Shown: one piece after another, positions 9,197 to 18,506 of the stretch
Position numbering within the stretch: the first letter of the stretch is position 1
Layout of the letters: every line of letters starts with the position of its first letter
Source of the DNA: an uncultured Fibrobacteria bacterium
GTDB lineage: Bacteria > Fibrobacterota > Fibrobacteria > UBA11236
Assembly: GCA_963716395.1 (NCBI GenBank)
Contig: OY970309.1
Span: 1,536,001 to 1,600,000, forward strand
Length of the DNA: 64,000 bases
Direction of reading: 5' to 3'
Made by a program: the position numbers and the translations under genes
The notes under the pieces: generated by a model
Told to the model about the DNA's origin: nothing
Databases searched by the model: none
What the model saw: the letters and a program-made list of their open reading frames with translations, nothing else

Positions 9197-10369
9197 ATGG
9201 CCACCGACTCCCCGCTGCTCGGTGTTTACGGCGAACGCGATGTGGAACTCGTGCGCGGCCAAGGTTCCTCGGTTTGGGACGCGGCGGGCCGCCGTTACCT
9301 CGATTGCGTGTCGGGCGTGGCGGTGAACGCGCTGGGGCATTGCCATCCGGCCGTGGTCGAGGCCATCCGCGCGCAGTCGGAAAAGCTCATCCACGGCAGC
9401 AACCTGTATCGGCTGCCGACCCAGCGCGCGCTGGCCGAACTCCTGGTCGCGCTTTCGGGTTTTGACGCGGTGTTCTTCGCCAACAGCGGCGCCGAAGCCA
9501 ATGAAGGCGCGATTAAATTTGCCCGCCGGTTTTTCACCGCCGCCGGGGATCCGGAGCGCTGTGAAATCGTGAGCTTCGCAGGCTCCTTCCACGGCCGCAC
9601 CTACGCGGCCATGGCCGCCACCGGCCAGGAAAAAATCCGTACCGGATTCGGGCCCCTGCCCGCGGGCTTCCGCACCGTGGCGAACAATGACCCCGAAGCC
9701 TTGCGGGCCGCGCTCGGCCCGCAAACCGCCGCCATCCTGTTCGAATCCATTCTGGCCGAAGGCGGAGTGATCGAGCTGGCCCCGGAAATGGCCGAAGTCA
9801 TGCGCGCCGCCCAGGCGCAAGGGATTCTGCTCATCGCCGATGAAATCCAAACCGGGCTGTGGCGCACGGGCTCGTTTCTCGCCTCCGAAACCTTGAAGTT
9901 ACGTCCCGATCTGGTGACCCTGGCCAAACCCCTGGGCGGCGGCTTGCCGCTGGGCGCGGTGTTATTGCGGACGAACATCGCGGACTCCCTCCACGCCGGC
10001 GATCACGGCTCGACCTTCGGCGGCAACCCGGTGGCCTGCGCCGCGGGCCTGGCGGTCTTGGGGGTCTTGTCACAACCGGCTTTCATCGAAGACATGCAGG
10101 TGCGCATGGTGACGCTGCGCCAGGGATTGGAAACGTTGGTGCATAAAAAACACGCCGCGGGCGTGGACATCGGCCCCGTGCGCGGCAGGGGTTTTTTGCT
10201 CGGCATCCGTTGGGGCAGCGATCTTCCGAAACTGCAAAAAGACCTTCGCCACCAAGGCGTGCTGGCTCACCGCGCCGGCGCCGACATGTTACGGCTGTTG
10301 CCACCGCTGAATATTTCCCGCGACGAAATCGCCGAGTTGTTGGGGGCATTGGAGCAGGCGATCCCTTAG
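9197..10369 (+). CDS. argD: Acetylornithine aminotransferase
   Basis: VNALGHCHP, NSGAEANE, FHGRT, ADEIQTG, AKPLGGGLP, HGSTFGGNP. Confidence 0.9.
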   Translation: MATDSPLLGVYGERDVELVRGQGSSVWDAAGRRYLDCVSGVAVNALGHCHPAVVEAIRAQSEKLIHGSNLYRLPTQRALAELLVALSGFDAVFFANSGAEANEGAIKFARRFFTAAGDPERCEIVSFAGSFHGRTYAAMAATGQEKIRTGFGPLPAGFRTVANNDPEALRAALGPQTAAILFESILAEGGVIELAPEMAEVMRAAQAQGILLIADEIQTGLWRTGSFLASETLKLRPDLVTLAKPLGGGLPLGAVLLRTNIADSLHAGDHGSTFGGNPVACAAGLAVLGVLSQPAFIEDMQVRMVTLRQGLETLVHKKHAAGVDIGPVRGRGFLLGIRWGSDLPKLQKDLRHQGVLAHRAGADMLRLLPPLNISRDEIAELLGALEQAIP

Positions 10370-10379
10370 CGGAAAAGGG

Positions 10380-11159
10380 TCAGGGGGATTTTCTTCCCTG
10401 CCTTTTCCCGCGTCCGAAATCCAAGCCGAACAGCTTTCCCAGTTCCGCGTCGCCCAGATCGAGCTCTTTGATCCCGCCGGCCGCCTTGGACCCGCGTTTT
10501 TTCCGCAGCAGTTTATGCGCGCTTTGCTCCACCGCGCGCCCGACCAGGTCTTCCATTTTGATGCCGCGCAAGGTGAAAAACAGGGCAGGATCTTCGTCGA
10601 GCCGGGCGCCCACGCCGTAGAGCGCGGCGGCCACATGCTTGCACATTCCCGCCCAATCCGGGCAGGAGCAGGAGAATTGGATTTGCCGGGGAAGGGGAAA
10701 GAACCCGTGCTTTTCGGCGAACAGCAGATGCTCCAACTCTTTGGGAAATTTCCCGGCCAAGAGGGCTTCGACGGATTCCAATTTGCCCGCGCACACCTCG
10801 GCCAGTTGCTGACGCGCAACACCGCGCAACGTCGTGATGCCGATTTCGATTTCATAGGGTGCGGATTGGCTGCCCTGCACCAGGGCCGAAACCTTTCCGG
10901 CTTCGACGCGCAAATCCACCACCGATCCGTTGCGGGCGTAGGTGCGGCCCCGGCCGATGCGGTTGGCGTAATCGGCGTAGCGTTCCAGGTTCCGGCACCA
11001 CGATTGCGCCCACCACGATTTCAACGGCGAATGCCATAACGCCGGATGCAGGCGCGCGCCTTTTTTTTCCAAGCGCCGGCGCGCGGATTCCGCCTGGGCG
11101 CGGCGTTCGGCTACGGGCACATAGCGCGGAAAGCGGGACCACTTGCCGAAGCGCGCCAT
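10380..11159 (-). CDS. SWIM zinc-finger protein
   Basis: CSCPDWAGMCKHVAA SWIM motif and RGRTYARNGSV. Directly abuts the SNF2 gene. Confidence 0.9.
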   Translation of the reverse strand: MARFGKWSRFPRYVPVAERRAQAESARRRLEKKGARLHPALWHSPLKSWWAQSWCRNLERYADYANRIGRGRTYARNGSVVDLRVEAGKVSALVQGSQSAPYEIEIGITTLRGVARQQLAEVCAGKLESVEALLAGKFPKELEHLLFAEKHGFFPLPRQIQFSCSCPDWAGMCKHVAAALYGVGARLDEDPALFFTLRGIKMEDLVGRAVEQSAHKLLRKKRGSKAAGGIKELDLGDAELGKLFGLDFGRGKRQGRKSP

Positions 11160-13832
11160 TCACACCGCCGCGGCCGACAGGGTGAACAATTCCAGCAATT
11201 CGTCGTTGCCCATTTTGGAAATCCAATCTTCGCCCGTGGCGCCGATCACATCGCGGGCCAGCGCCGACTTCTTTTCGATCAAGGCGTCGATTTTCTCCTC
11301 CAGCGTTCCGGCCGTGATGAACTTGTGCACCAGCACGTTCTTGGTTTGCCCGATGCGAAAGGCGCGATCCGTGGCCTGGTTCTCCACCGCCGGATTCCAC
11401 CAGCGGTCGAAATGCACCACATGCGCGGCGCGCGTCAGGTTCAGGCCCGTGCCGCCGGCCTTTACCGACAGCACCAGAAAGGGAATCCAGTCGTCGCCCT
11501 GAAAGGCGTCGACCACCCGGCGCCGTTGGGCCACGGGGGTTTTGCCGGTGAGCGTAAGCCCCCGGCGTCCGAAAATTTCCGCCAGGAAATCGGCCAGGGG
11601 CTCGGCGATTTCGGCGAATTGGGTGAACACCAAAACCCGCTCGCGTTTGTCGCGGATGGGTTCGCACACCTCGCGCAACAGGCGGAACTTGCCGCTGTCT
11701 ACTTCGGCGAAGCCGCCGGCGCCGGAGTAGTGATCGGGATGGTTGCAGACCTGCTTGAACTTGATGAGAAAGCCCAGCACCGCGCCTTGCCGCGCGAAGC
11801 CTTCGACGTCTTCCAGGGCCGCGGCCAGCTTTTCCGACAGGCGCCGGTACAAGGCCACCTGTTTTTTCGAGAGCACGGCCCGCGCCTTGATCTCCACCTT
11901 GTCAGGCAAATCGGGCAAAAGGCTTTTGTCGGTTTTGAGGCGGCGCAAAAGATACGGGGCGAGGGCGCGGCGCAGGCGGGCGTGGCTTTCGGGGTCGTCT
12001 TGCGCCCGCTTCTGGAAGCGCGCAAATTCGGTCGCCGAGCCGAGCAATCCCGGATTCAAAAAATCAAACAGCGACCACAAATCGGTCAGGCGGTTTTCCA
12101 GGGGCGTGCCGGTGAGCGCGATGCGTCGGGCGGTCTTGAGCGCCTTCACGGCCCGCGTCTGCTTGGCGCCGGGATTTTTGAGTGCCTGGGCCTCGTCCAC
12201 GATGACGCAATCCCATTCCCGTTTTTTCACCCACTCGAGCCGCTCCACCAGGGCATAGGTGGTGAGCGTCAGATCGGCGCCCGGCGCGGAAGCCGTGCCG
12301 CCGAACTGGGCATGCGCTGCGTGGCAGGTCAAACCGGGCGTGAAGCGTTCGATTTCGCGCATCCAATTGAAGAGCAACGAGGCCGGAGCCACCAGCAAAA
12401 CGTTCAGGCTGCGTCCGGATTTTTTCCCATTTTTTTCTTTCAGCGCTTGCAGCCAGGCCAACACCTGCACGGTTTTTCCCAGCCCCATGTCGTCGGCCAG
12501 GCAGGCGCCGAATCCCAAGGTGTGCAGCAGGTTCAGCCAATTCAGCCCCAGTTTTTGATAGGGCCGAAGCTGCGCCTGCAATCCCAAGGGAGTTTCCGTC
12601 ACGCGGATCAAATTCGGATCGCGCATTTTGGCCGTGAGATCGCGCAGCCATTCTCCCTGCGTGATCTCCAGACCCTCCATTTCCGCGAGGTCTTTTAATC
12701 CGGCTTCGCCGCGCCGGAGTAGCAGCCGGAAGGCATCGGCCAGGGAAATGCCCCCGCCTTTCAAAATTTTCTTGGCCTTATCCAACAACGCCAGGGCCGC
12801 TTTCACCTTTTCCGGATCCACGGCCACCCATTTTCCTTTGATCAAAGCCAGACCCTCGCCGGCGTCGGCCAGCCGGCGCAGTTCAGTTTCGGATACGCGC
12901 TCTCCGCCCAGACTTAATTCCAAGCCGAGCGAGATCAAGGCGTTTGCGGTCAGCAATCCGCCCTCGGATTTTTCGCCCACGTTCAGGCGCAAAGCCGCGC
13001 CTTGCTGCGCGGTTTTCCAGAAATCCGGAATGCGGCACAAGATTCCCGCTTCTTGAAAAGCCTCGGTGTCTTTGAGAAAAAGGTGGGCTTCGGCCGGAGT
13101 CCAAAGCAGCGGCCGGAAAATCGCGCCGCTCTCCGTCAGCCGTTTCAGCCACAAACTTTTGTCGGCAGCCGCGTAGAGAGATTTAAGGGCGGAAAGTTGC
13201 CGCCGCGTGTCGCCCTTGAATTCTTCCAGGGCGTGTCGCAAGGGCAAATGGCGGGTGCGGCCGCTTGCGCCCACATGCGATCCATAGGTGGCCAAGAAGG
13301 CGAAAGGATGCTTTTCGTTCTTGTGCTCCACCAGGTGAAAATGAATCCGGCCCACCTCGCGGCCGCCGCCGGCCAAACCATTGACGAAGTCTTCCACCGA
13401 TCCGGAAAAATGATCGAGGCGATCCGCCATCGCCTCGCGCATGCGCTCCCACAGGTTTTGCAACGCGTCGCGGTCGAGATATTCGGCGCCCGGCATGGGC
13501 GGAACCAAATCCAACAGCAGGCGGATTTCCTCGCCGCCGAGTTCGACCGGCGTGCGCGCGCGCAACGTTTCGGCCTCGGGGTGCAACAGCAGCTTGCGGG
13601 GAAAAGCCGCGGCGAAGGAGCGGAAAAAACGCAGCGACGGGTGCAGTTGCAGGCCGGGATCGCTTAGGCCGAGTTGCCAAAGGAAAAGTCCCGGGTCTTC
13701 GCGGAAGGCCGTTTCCAGTGCGACCTCAAGCGCTTGCGCCTCGCGGGGCGGCGGTTCGGCATCGGCGGCGATGCGCTCCAAGGTGAGCACTCCGCCGGGC
13801 TGAAGCGCGAGGGAAAGCGAATCGGGTGGCAC
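11160..13832 (-). CDS. SNF2-family (SWI2/SNF2) helicase-like ATPase
   Basis: LRPYQ, LADDMGLGKT, DEAQ, LTGTPLEN, GTGLNLT, DRWWNPAVENQATDRAFRIGQ. GTG start inferred. Confidence 0.93.
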   Translation of the reverse strand: MPPDSLSLALQPGGVLTLERIAADAEPPPREAQALEVALETAFREDPGLFLWQLGLSDPGLQLHPSLRFFRSFAAAFPRKLLLHPEAETLRARTPVELGGEEIRLLLDLVPPMPGAEYLDRDALQNLWERMREAMADRLDHFSGSVEDFVNGLAGGGREVGRIHFHLVEHKNEKHPFAFLATYGSHVGASGRTRHLPLRHALEEFKGDTRRQLSALKSLYAAADKSLWLKRLTESGAIFRPLLWTPAEAHLFLKDTEAFQEAGILCRIPDFWKTAQQGAALRLNVGEKSEGGLLTANALISLGLELSLGGERVSETELRRLADAGEGLALIKGKWVAVDPEKVKAALALLDKAKKILKGGGISLADAFRLLLRRGEAGLKDLAEMEGLEITQGEWLRDLTAKMRDPNLIRVTETPLGLQAQLRPYQKLGLNWLNLLHTLGFGACLADDMGLGKTVQVLAWLQALKEKNGKKSGRSLNVLLVAPASLLFNWMREIERFTPGLTCHAAHAQFGGTASAPGADLTLTTYALVERLEWVKKREWDCVIVDEAQALKNPGAKQTRAVKALKTARRIALTGTPLENRLTDLWSLFDFLNPGLLGSATEFARFQKRAQDDPESHARLRRALAPYLLRRLKTDKSLLPDLPDKVEIKARAVLSKKQVALYRRLSEKLAAALEDVEGFARQGAVLGFLIKFKQVCNHPDHYSGAGGFAEVDSGKFRLLREVCEPIRDKRERVLVFTQFAEIAEPLADFLAEIFGRRGLTLTGKTPVAQRRRVVDAFQGDDWIPFLVLSVKAGGTGLNLTRAAHVVHFDRWWNPAVENQATDRAFRIGQTKNVLVHKFITAGTLEEKIDALIEKKSALARDVIGATGEDWISKMGNDELLELFTLSAAAV

Positions 13833-13928
13833 GGAGAGAAAACTTAATTCGTAGGAAATCGTGCCAATGGGCGAAGAGGTCCAGGTAAATAATTTGGTCA
13901 TGCCCCAGAGCCGGAAGCGGCGGGGTGA

Positions 13929-13971
13929 GCCCCCGATACAGGCAGGCACAAGGCCTGCCCGTATCGGGGGC
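13929..13971. repeat. REP-like palindrome 1
   Basis: GCCCCCGATAC(A)GGCAGGC-ACAAG-GCCTGCC(C)GTATCGGGGGC: 19-bp arms with one mismatch. Confidence 0.85.
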
Positions 13972-14029
13972 CATGCGGGCCGGGAGTTTTGAGCCGAAGT
14001 TAGGATTGAAGATTAGTTGAATTTGGTTA

Positions 14030-14130
14030 GGCTGGATTGGGATTGAGGCTGGGATTGTAGGTGGAATTGCGGCTGCGATTGTAGTTGCGTTTGGGTTGGG
14101 GTTGAGATAGGGGTTGAGGTTGGGATAGGC
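14030..14130. repeat. Degenerate hexamer tandem repeat (GGATTG/GGGTTG-like)
   Basis: ggattg ggattg aggctg ggattg taggtg gaattg cggctg cgattg tagttg cgtttg ..., strongly G/T-skewed. Confidence 0.65.
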
Positions 14131-14164
14131 CTTGTGCCTATCCCAACCTCAACCCCTATCTCAA
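14102..14164. repeat. REP-like palindrome 2 (perfect 29-bp arms)
   Basis: TTGAGATAGGGGTTGAGGTTGGGATAGGC-CTTGT-GCCTATCCCAACCTCAACCCCTATCTCAA. Contains the transposase stop codon. Confidence 0.9.
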
Positions 14165-14404
14165 TGCTTGATTTTAGGAATTGAATGTTGATTTTCCCGA
14201 TCCCGTTCCCATTTTGCGGGATTCAATTCGATGTATCGCCGGATTCTTTCCAAGGCATATTCGTGGCGGATGATGTGTTCGTAATAATTGCGTTGCCAGA
14301 TTCGGCGGTGGAATTCCGGCCATCCATGCCGACGAACGCCGTTAATATACCGAACCGTGGTGATCGATTTAAATGCGCCGATTACGGATCCCAATGTCGG
14401 GGTG

Positions 14405-14457
14405 TCCCTGGTGGGGGTGGGGGTGGGCACAAGGCCCACCCCCACCCCCACCAGGGA
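14405..14457. repeat. REP-like palindrome 3 (intragenic, perfect 24-bp arms)
   Basis: TCCCTGGTGGGGGTGGGGGTGGGC-ACAAG-GCCCACCCCCACCCCCACCAGGGA. Confidence 0.9.
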
Positions 14458-14480
14458 ATTCGGATTGTTGGTGTTGTTGT

Positions 14481-14525
14481 CCGCTGTGATCGGGGCAGGT
14501 CTTGTGCCCACCCCGATCACAGCGG
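14481..14525. repeat. REP-like palindrome 4 (intragenic)
   Basis: CCGCTGTGATCGGGG-CAGGT-CTTGT-GCCCA-CCCCGATCACAGCGG: perfect 15-bp outer stem. Confidence 0.85.
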
Positions 14526-14901
14526 GTGCCACGCCCGCCCCGACGACGGCGCCTGACCCAAGGTGGATGATTCCATGAAAATGATTCGGCATGATCACCA
14601 TGGCGTCCAAGATGACGGAGGAAAAGCGAATGGTTAATTCCCGCCAAGCGACCAAAATCATTTCACCCGCCGGGTTCAATCGCATTTGGGCGTTATGAAT
14701 TTCTCCGAACAGACATTGTCGGTTTTGGGCGCAGAGGGTTACAAAGTAAGCGCCGGGACGGGCATAGTCGTAACCGGGTAAACGAAGGGAGTGACGGCCT
14801 AGATTTCGAGACAAGCCCGAAAAGAAGATTTTTGGAAGCGGTGAGGGTGGTGACAAAGGTCACGCCCGGCGAGTAAAAAATCCATCGGAGATCACGTACC
14901 C

Positions 14902-15236
14902 ATGCTCAGCGAACTCGAACGCAAACAAATCGCAAATGCCTTGGAGCCGATGCTCGTGCGCCGCGGCAATGTGGTCAAATCCGGATCCTCCGCCTTTCGC
15001 CTGCAGGGAAACGAAGTTGTGCTCTTTACCCACGTGCCATCTTTCCGAAACCCCGCCCAAGAAATCGAGATCCCGGTCGCCAAATTCAAACGGGTGAACA
15101 CCACCGGTTTCTGGCATCTGTATTGGATGCGGGCCAGCGGGAAATGGCAAGGCTACGAACCATTGGCTCAAGCCGAATCCTTTCAGGCATTGGCCGCGAG
15201 GTTGAAAGCGATCCTCACGGCTGCTTTTGGGGTTAA
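14902..15236 (+). pseudogene. DUF3024-like protein, frameshifted near the C-terminus
   Basis: VAKFK....W.LYWMRASGKW..YEP is in frame. The family-typical ending EVESDPHGCFWG* lies in the -1 frame (15198-15236). Confidence 0.7.
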
Positions 15237-15359
15237 GCTCCTGAATTCGCTTTCGCCCGGATCGCGCGCGGCCGGCGGGCTTCGCCAAAACGCGCGGACT
15301 TAAAATCCCTTTCCAAAGGTCTACATTTAGCGCAGCAACCGAAAGAAAGTTGGCGCATC

Positions 15360-16613
15360 ATGGCGGCGAGTAAAGAGAAAGAGAAAAACGGTAAGCTCAA
15401 AGTGGTGCTGGCCTATTCCGGCGGGCTCGACACTTCGGTGATTATTCCCTGGCTGGTCGAAAACTACGACGCCGAAGTCATCGCCTTCGCGGCCGACATC
15501 GGCCAGGGTGCGGTCGAAGTCGAACCGCTCAAGAAAAAAGCCGTGGCCACGGGCGCCGCAAAATGCCATGTGCTCGATTTGCGCCGCGAGTTCCTCGAAG
15601 AATACGCCTGGCCCGTTCTCAAGGCCGGCGCGAAATATGAAGGCCAATACTTGCTCGGCACTTCCATGGCGCGGCCCCTCATCGCCAAGCACCAGGTTTT
15701 GATCGCCGAGAAAGAAGGCGCAACGGCCGTGTCGCATGGCGCCACGGGCAAGGGCAACGACCAGGTGCGCTTTGAACTCACCTATATGGCCATGAATCCC
15801 AGGCTGCAAATCATCGCGCCCTGGAAAGATCCCAAATGGCATATCCGTTCGCGCGAAGACGCCATCGAGTATGCCGAAGCACGCAAGATACCCCTCACGG
15901 TTTCCAAGCAAAAGATTTACAGCGAAGACGGCAATCTTTGGCATCTGTCGCATGAAGGCGGGGTGCTGGAACATCCCGACCGGGAAAACAATTACGAGAT
16001 GCTGCGCAACACGGTGACGCCCGAAAACGCCCCGGATCAGGCCGAATATGTCCGCATCGATTTTGAACGCGGCATTCCCGTGGCCGTCGACGGAAAGAAA
16101 CGCCAGGCCGTGGCGCTGCTCGAAGTCCTGAACGCCTTGGGCGGCAAACACGGCTGCGGCTTGGTCGACATGGTGGAAAACCGCCTGGTGGGTATGAAGT
16201 CCCGCGGGGTGTATGAAACCCCCGGCGGGTTCCTCTTGTACCGGGCCCACGAATTTCTGGAGCAGTTGGTTTTGGATCGCGACACCTTGGCATACAAACA
16301 GTCGGCGGCGCAGAAATACGCCCAACTGGTGTACGACGGCCTGTGGTTTACGCCCTTGCGCCAGGCCCTCGACGCCTTGGTCGACAAAACCCAAGAGGTG
16401 GTCACGGGCTCGGTGAAATTGAAGCTGTACAAAGGCAACGCTACGTTGGCGGGCATGGAAAGCCCTTTTTCACTTTATGATCCCGGCCTGGGCGGGTTCA
16501 GCGACGTCGAAACCTACAACCAACAGGACGCCAAGGGGTTTATCCGTTGCCTGGGGCTGCCGCTGAAGATGCGGTCGCTTTTGCTCGGAAAGAAAAGCCC
16601 CGTGCGCATCTGA
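15360..16613 (+). CDS. argG: Argininosuccinate synthase
   Basis: [50 protein letters not shown]. Confidence 0.97.
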   Translation: MAASKEKEKNGKLKVVLAYSGGLDTSVIIPWLVENYDAEVIAFAADIGQGAVEVEPLKKKAVATGAAKCHVLDLRREFLEEYAWPVLKAGAKYEGQYLLGTSMARPLIAKHQVLIAEKEGATAVSHGATGKGNDQVRFELTYMAMNPRLQIIAPWKDPKWHIRSREDAIEYAEARKIPLTVSKQKIYSEDGNLWHLSHEGGVLEHPDRENNYEMLRNTVTPENAPDQAEYVRIDFERGIPVAVDGKKRQAVALLEVLNALGGKHGCGLVDMVENRLVGMKSRGVYETPGGFLLYRAHEFLEQLVLDRDTLAYKQSAAQKYAQLVYDGLWFTPLRQALDALVDKTQEVVTGSVKLKLYKGNATLAGMESPFSLYDPGLGGFSDVETYNQQDAKGFIRCLGLPLKMRSLLLGKKSPVRI

Positions 16614-16619
16614 CCAGTC

Positions 16620-17321
16620 ATGGGGGCGGGAGTCGTTTTGGCCGCTGGCGGGCAGGGATCGCGTTTCGGCGGCCCGGTGCCCAAGCAATTTCTCGAAGTG
16701 CGTTCGGGCCGCCCCTTGTTTCGCTATGCATTGGAAATATTCCACGATTTGCCCGAAGTGGATTCCATCGCGCTGGTGCTGCCGCCGGATCGACTCGGGG
16801 ACTGGAAAAACTGGCGGGAAATGTTTCCCAAGCTGCGGTTTGCCGCCGGCGGTCCGGATCGCTGGGTTTCGGTGCGCAACGGGGTTGCGGCCCTGCCGGC
16901 CGCCGCCAATCCCATTCTCATCCATGATGCGGCGCGCCCGTTTATGCCGCGCAGCGTGGCGCGCCGCTGCCTGCAGGCGCTGCACGTGGGTAACACAGCC
17001 GTGACGGCGGCCCTGCCGGCCACCGACACGGTCAAAGAAATCGACGGACACAAAATCGCGCGCACGTTGGACCGCAGCCGCCTGGTGCTGGTGCAGACGC
17101 CGCAGGGGTTTCCCGCCGCCATGCTCAAGGCTCTGTACGCCCGCGATCTGCCGACCGCCAAACCCACCGACGAGGCGCAATTGGCCGAAGCGGCGGGGTT
17201 TCCGGTGGCCTGGGTGCCGGGCAACCGCTTGGGCCGTAAAATCACCGAACCCGAAGACTGGGAATGGGCCGAATGGGTGGCCGAGCGCCTCGAACTCGGT
17301 GAGATCACCCTGTATGATTAA
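16620..17321 (+). CDS. ispD: 2-C-methyl-D-erythritol 4-phosphate cytidylyltransferase
   Basis: AAGGQGSRFG..PKQF, IHDAARP, VQTPQGF, TDE, N..KIT.PED. Confidence 0.93.
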   Translation: MGAGVVLAAGGQGSRFGGPVPKQFLEVRSGRPLFRYALEIFHDLPEVDSIALVLPPDRLGDWKNWREMFPKLRFAAGGPDRWVSVRNGVAALPAAANPILIHDAARPFMPRSVARRCLQALHVGNTAVTAALPATDTVKEIDGHKIARTLDRSRLVLVQTPQGFPAAMLKALYARDLPTAKPTDEAQLAEAAGFPVAWVPGNRLGRKITEPEDWEWAEWVAERLELGEITLYD

Positions 17322-17802
17322 AGTCGGTCTGGGCCAGGACAGCCACCGCATTCAGGAGCCGGCGCAGGGCAAACCCTTGCTGCTGGGCGGAGTGCGTTTC
17401 GCAGAAACCTTCGCCCTGGAAGGCAACAGCGACTCGGATGTGGTGCTGCATGCCGTGACCAATGCCATCTCGGGCATCACAGGCAAACCCATCCTCGGGC
17501 CCGTGGCCGACGGCCTGTGCCGGGCCGGCGTCACCGACAGCGCCGCCTATCTCCGGGCGGCCCTGGACGACCTGAAATCTATCGGTTACCGTATCGTACA
17601 CGTTTCGATCTCCTTGGAGTGCCTGCGCCCGAAAATACTGCCCCGACTGTCCGAGCTGCGTGCCGGCTTGGCCGGGCTGTTGGGCGTTGCCGAAAGCGAC
17701 GTGGGCCTGACGGCGACAACAGGGGAAGGCCTCAGCGATTGCGGCCGGGGCTTGGGAATCCAGGCGTTGGTTGTGGTGACGGCCCAAGCAACGCCAGCTT
17801 GA
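17314..17802 (+). CDS. ispF: MECDP synthase
   Basis: VGLGQDSHR, LGGV, SDSDVVLHA, ATTGEGL. Overlaps the end of ispD. Confidence 0.92.
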   Translation: MIKVGLGQDSHRIQEPAQGKPLLLGGVRFAETFALEGNSDSDVVLHAVTNAISGITGKPILGPVADGLCRAGVTDSAAYLRAALDDLKSIGYRIVHVSISLECLRPKILPRLSELRAGLAGLLGVAESDVGLTATTGEGLSDCGRGLGIQALVVVTAQATPA

Positions 17803-17819
17803 TATTTAGTTTTGCGGCC

Positions 17820-18506
17820 ATGTTAGCCATCATCACCATCTGCTTGTTGGGGGGAATCGCCTTTGCGGCTCTGGCCGTGATCCTGACGCGCAGCAAGGGA
17901 AACACCCTCAAGGATGTGCTCAATTCAGAGGCTTTTCGCAACCAGCCGCCGGAAAGCATGCAAATTGAAATCGACCGACTCCAAAATAAATTCAAGGCCA
18001 GCGCGCAAATTCCCGTGGTGGCTTTGTACGTGGTTTCGGCCTTGGTGGCCTTGGGTGTGCCCGTCCTGATGATTTCCAAGCAAAGCAATCCCGGCGGACA
18101 AACCTGCGACGAGGGCGAAGTCACCCTTTCCGGAATCATTCAAAAAAACACCGAAGGCAACGTATACCTTGTTCCCACCGATCTGCAAATCCAGCCCAGC
18201 GGATTTTTCAGCATCCCCCTGAGGAAAAGCGAAACGAAATGGGATTATAACATTCAAAGCGAACAATTCTCGCCGGTGACCCTGAACGTGGAATATGAAA
18301 AAAAGGAAAACCGGCTTTACGTCAATCTGAACAACGTGGCCGGCGACACCTTGCCGGTCGACGGCGCGGCCAACACGGCCCGGCTGCCGCGGCCGATTGA
18401 GTTGGCGCCCCTGCCCCACGACACGGTTATAAATCGCGTCACGATTTCATCAGAATCTGCTCCCGCCCTAGCCGGTCCGGCAGAACTGAAGCCGTTCACC
18501 CCATGA
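17820..18506 (+). CDS. Hypothetical two-TM membrane protein with beta-rich C-terminal domain
   Basis: Start MLAIITICL, two hydrophobic helices, lower GC than neighbours, translationally coupled to the next gene. Confidence 0.65.
   Translation: MLAIITICLLGGIAFAALAVILTRSKGNTLKDVLNSEAFRNQPPESMQIEIDRLQNKFKASAQIPVVALYVVSALVALGVPVLMISKQSNPGGQTCDEGEVTLSGIIQKNTEGNVYLVPTDLQIQPSGFFSIPLRKSETKWDYNIQSEQFSPVTLNVEYEKKENRLYVNLNNVAGDTLPVDGAANTARLPRPIELAPLPHDTVINRVTISSESAPALAGPAELKPFTP

Larger units (their letters stand above)
14161..14856 (-). mobile_element. REP-associated tyrosine (Y1/HUH) transposase, RAYT/IS200-like
   Basis: R.SLRLPGYDYARPGAYFVT, MPNHFHGII (HUH), IGAFKS, WQRNYYEHIIR, YIELNP. Flanked and interrupted by REP-like hairpins. 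Start uncertain. Confidence 0.88.

Noticed and set aside
11046-12698. Long antisense ORFs (also 25952..27424, 29753..31345, 46231..47718, 49678..51090)
   Set aside because: Typical stop-poor shadow frames opposite well-supported genes in GC-rich DNA, with no motifs.
13929-14545. Possible CRISPR array
   Set aside because: Units are not identical direct repeats with regular spacers, and there are no cas genes. They are REP-like hairpins.
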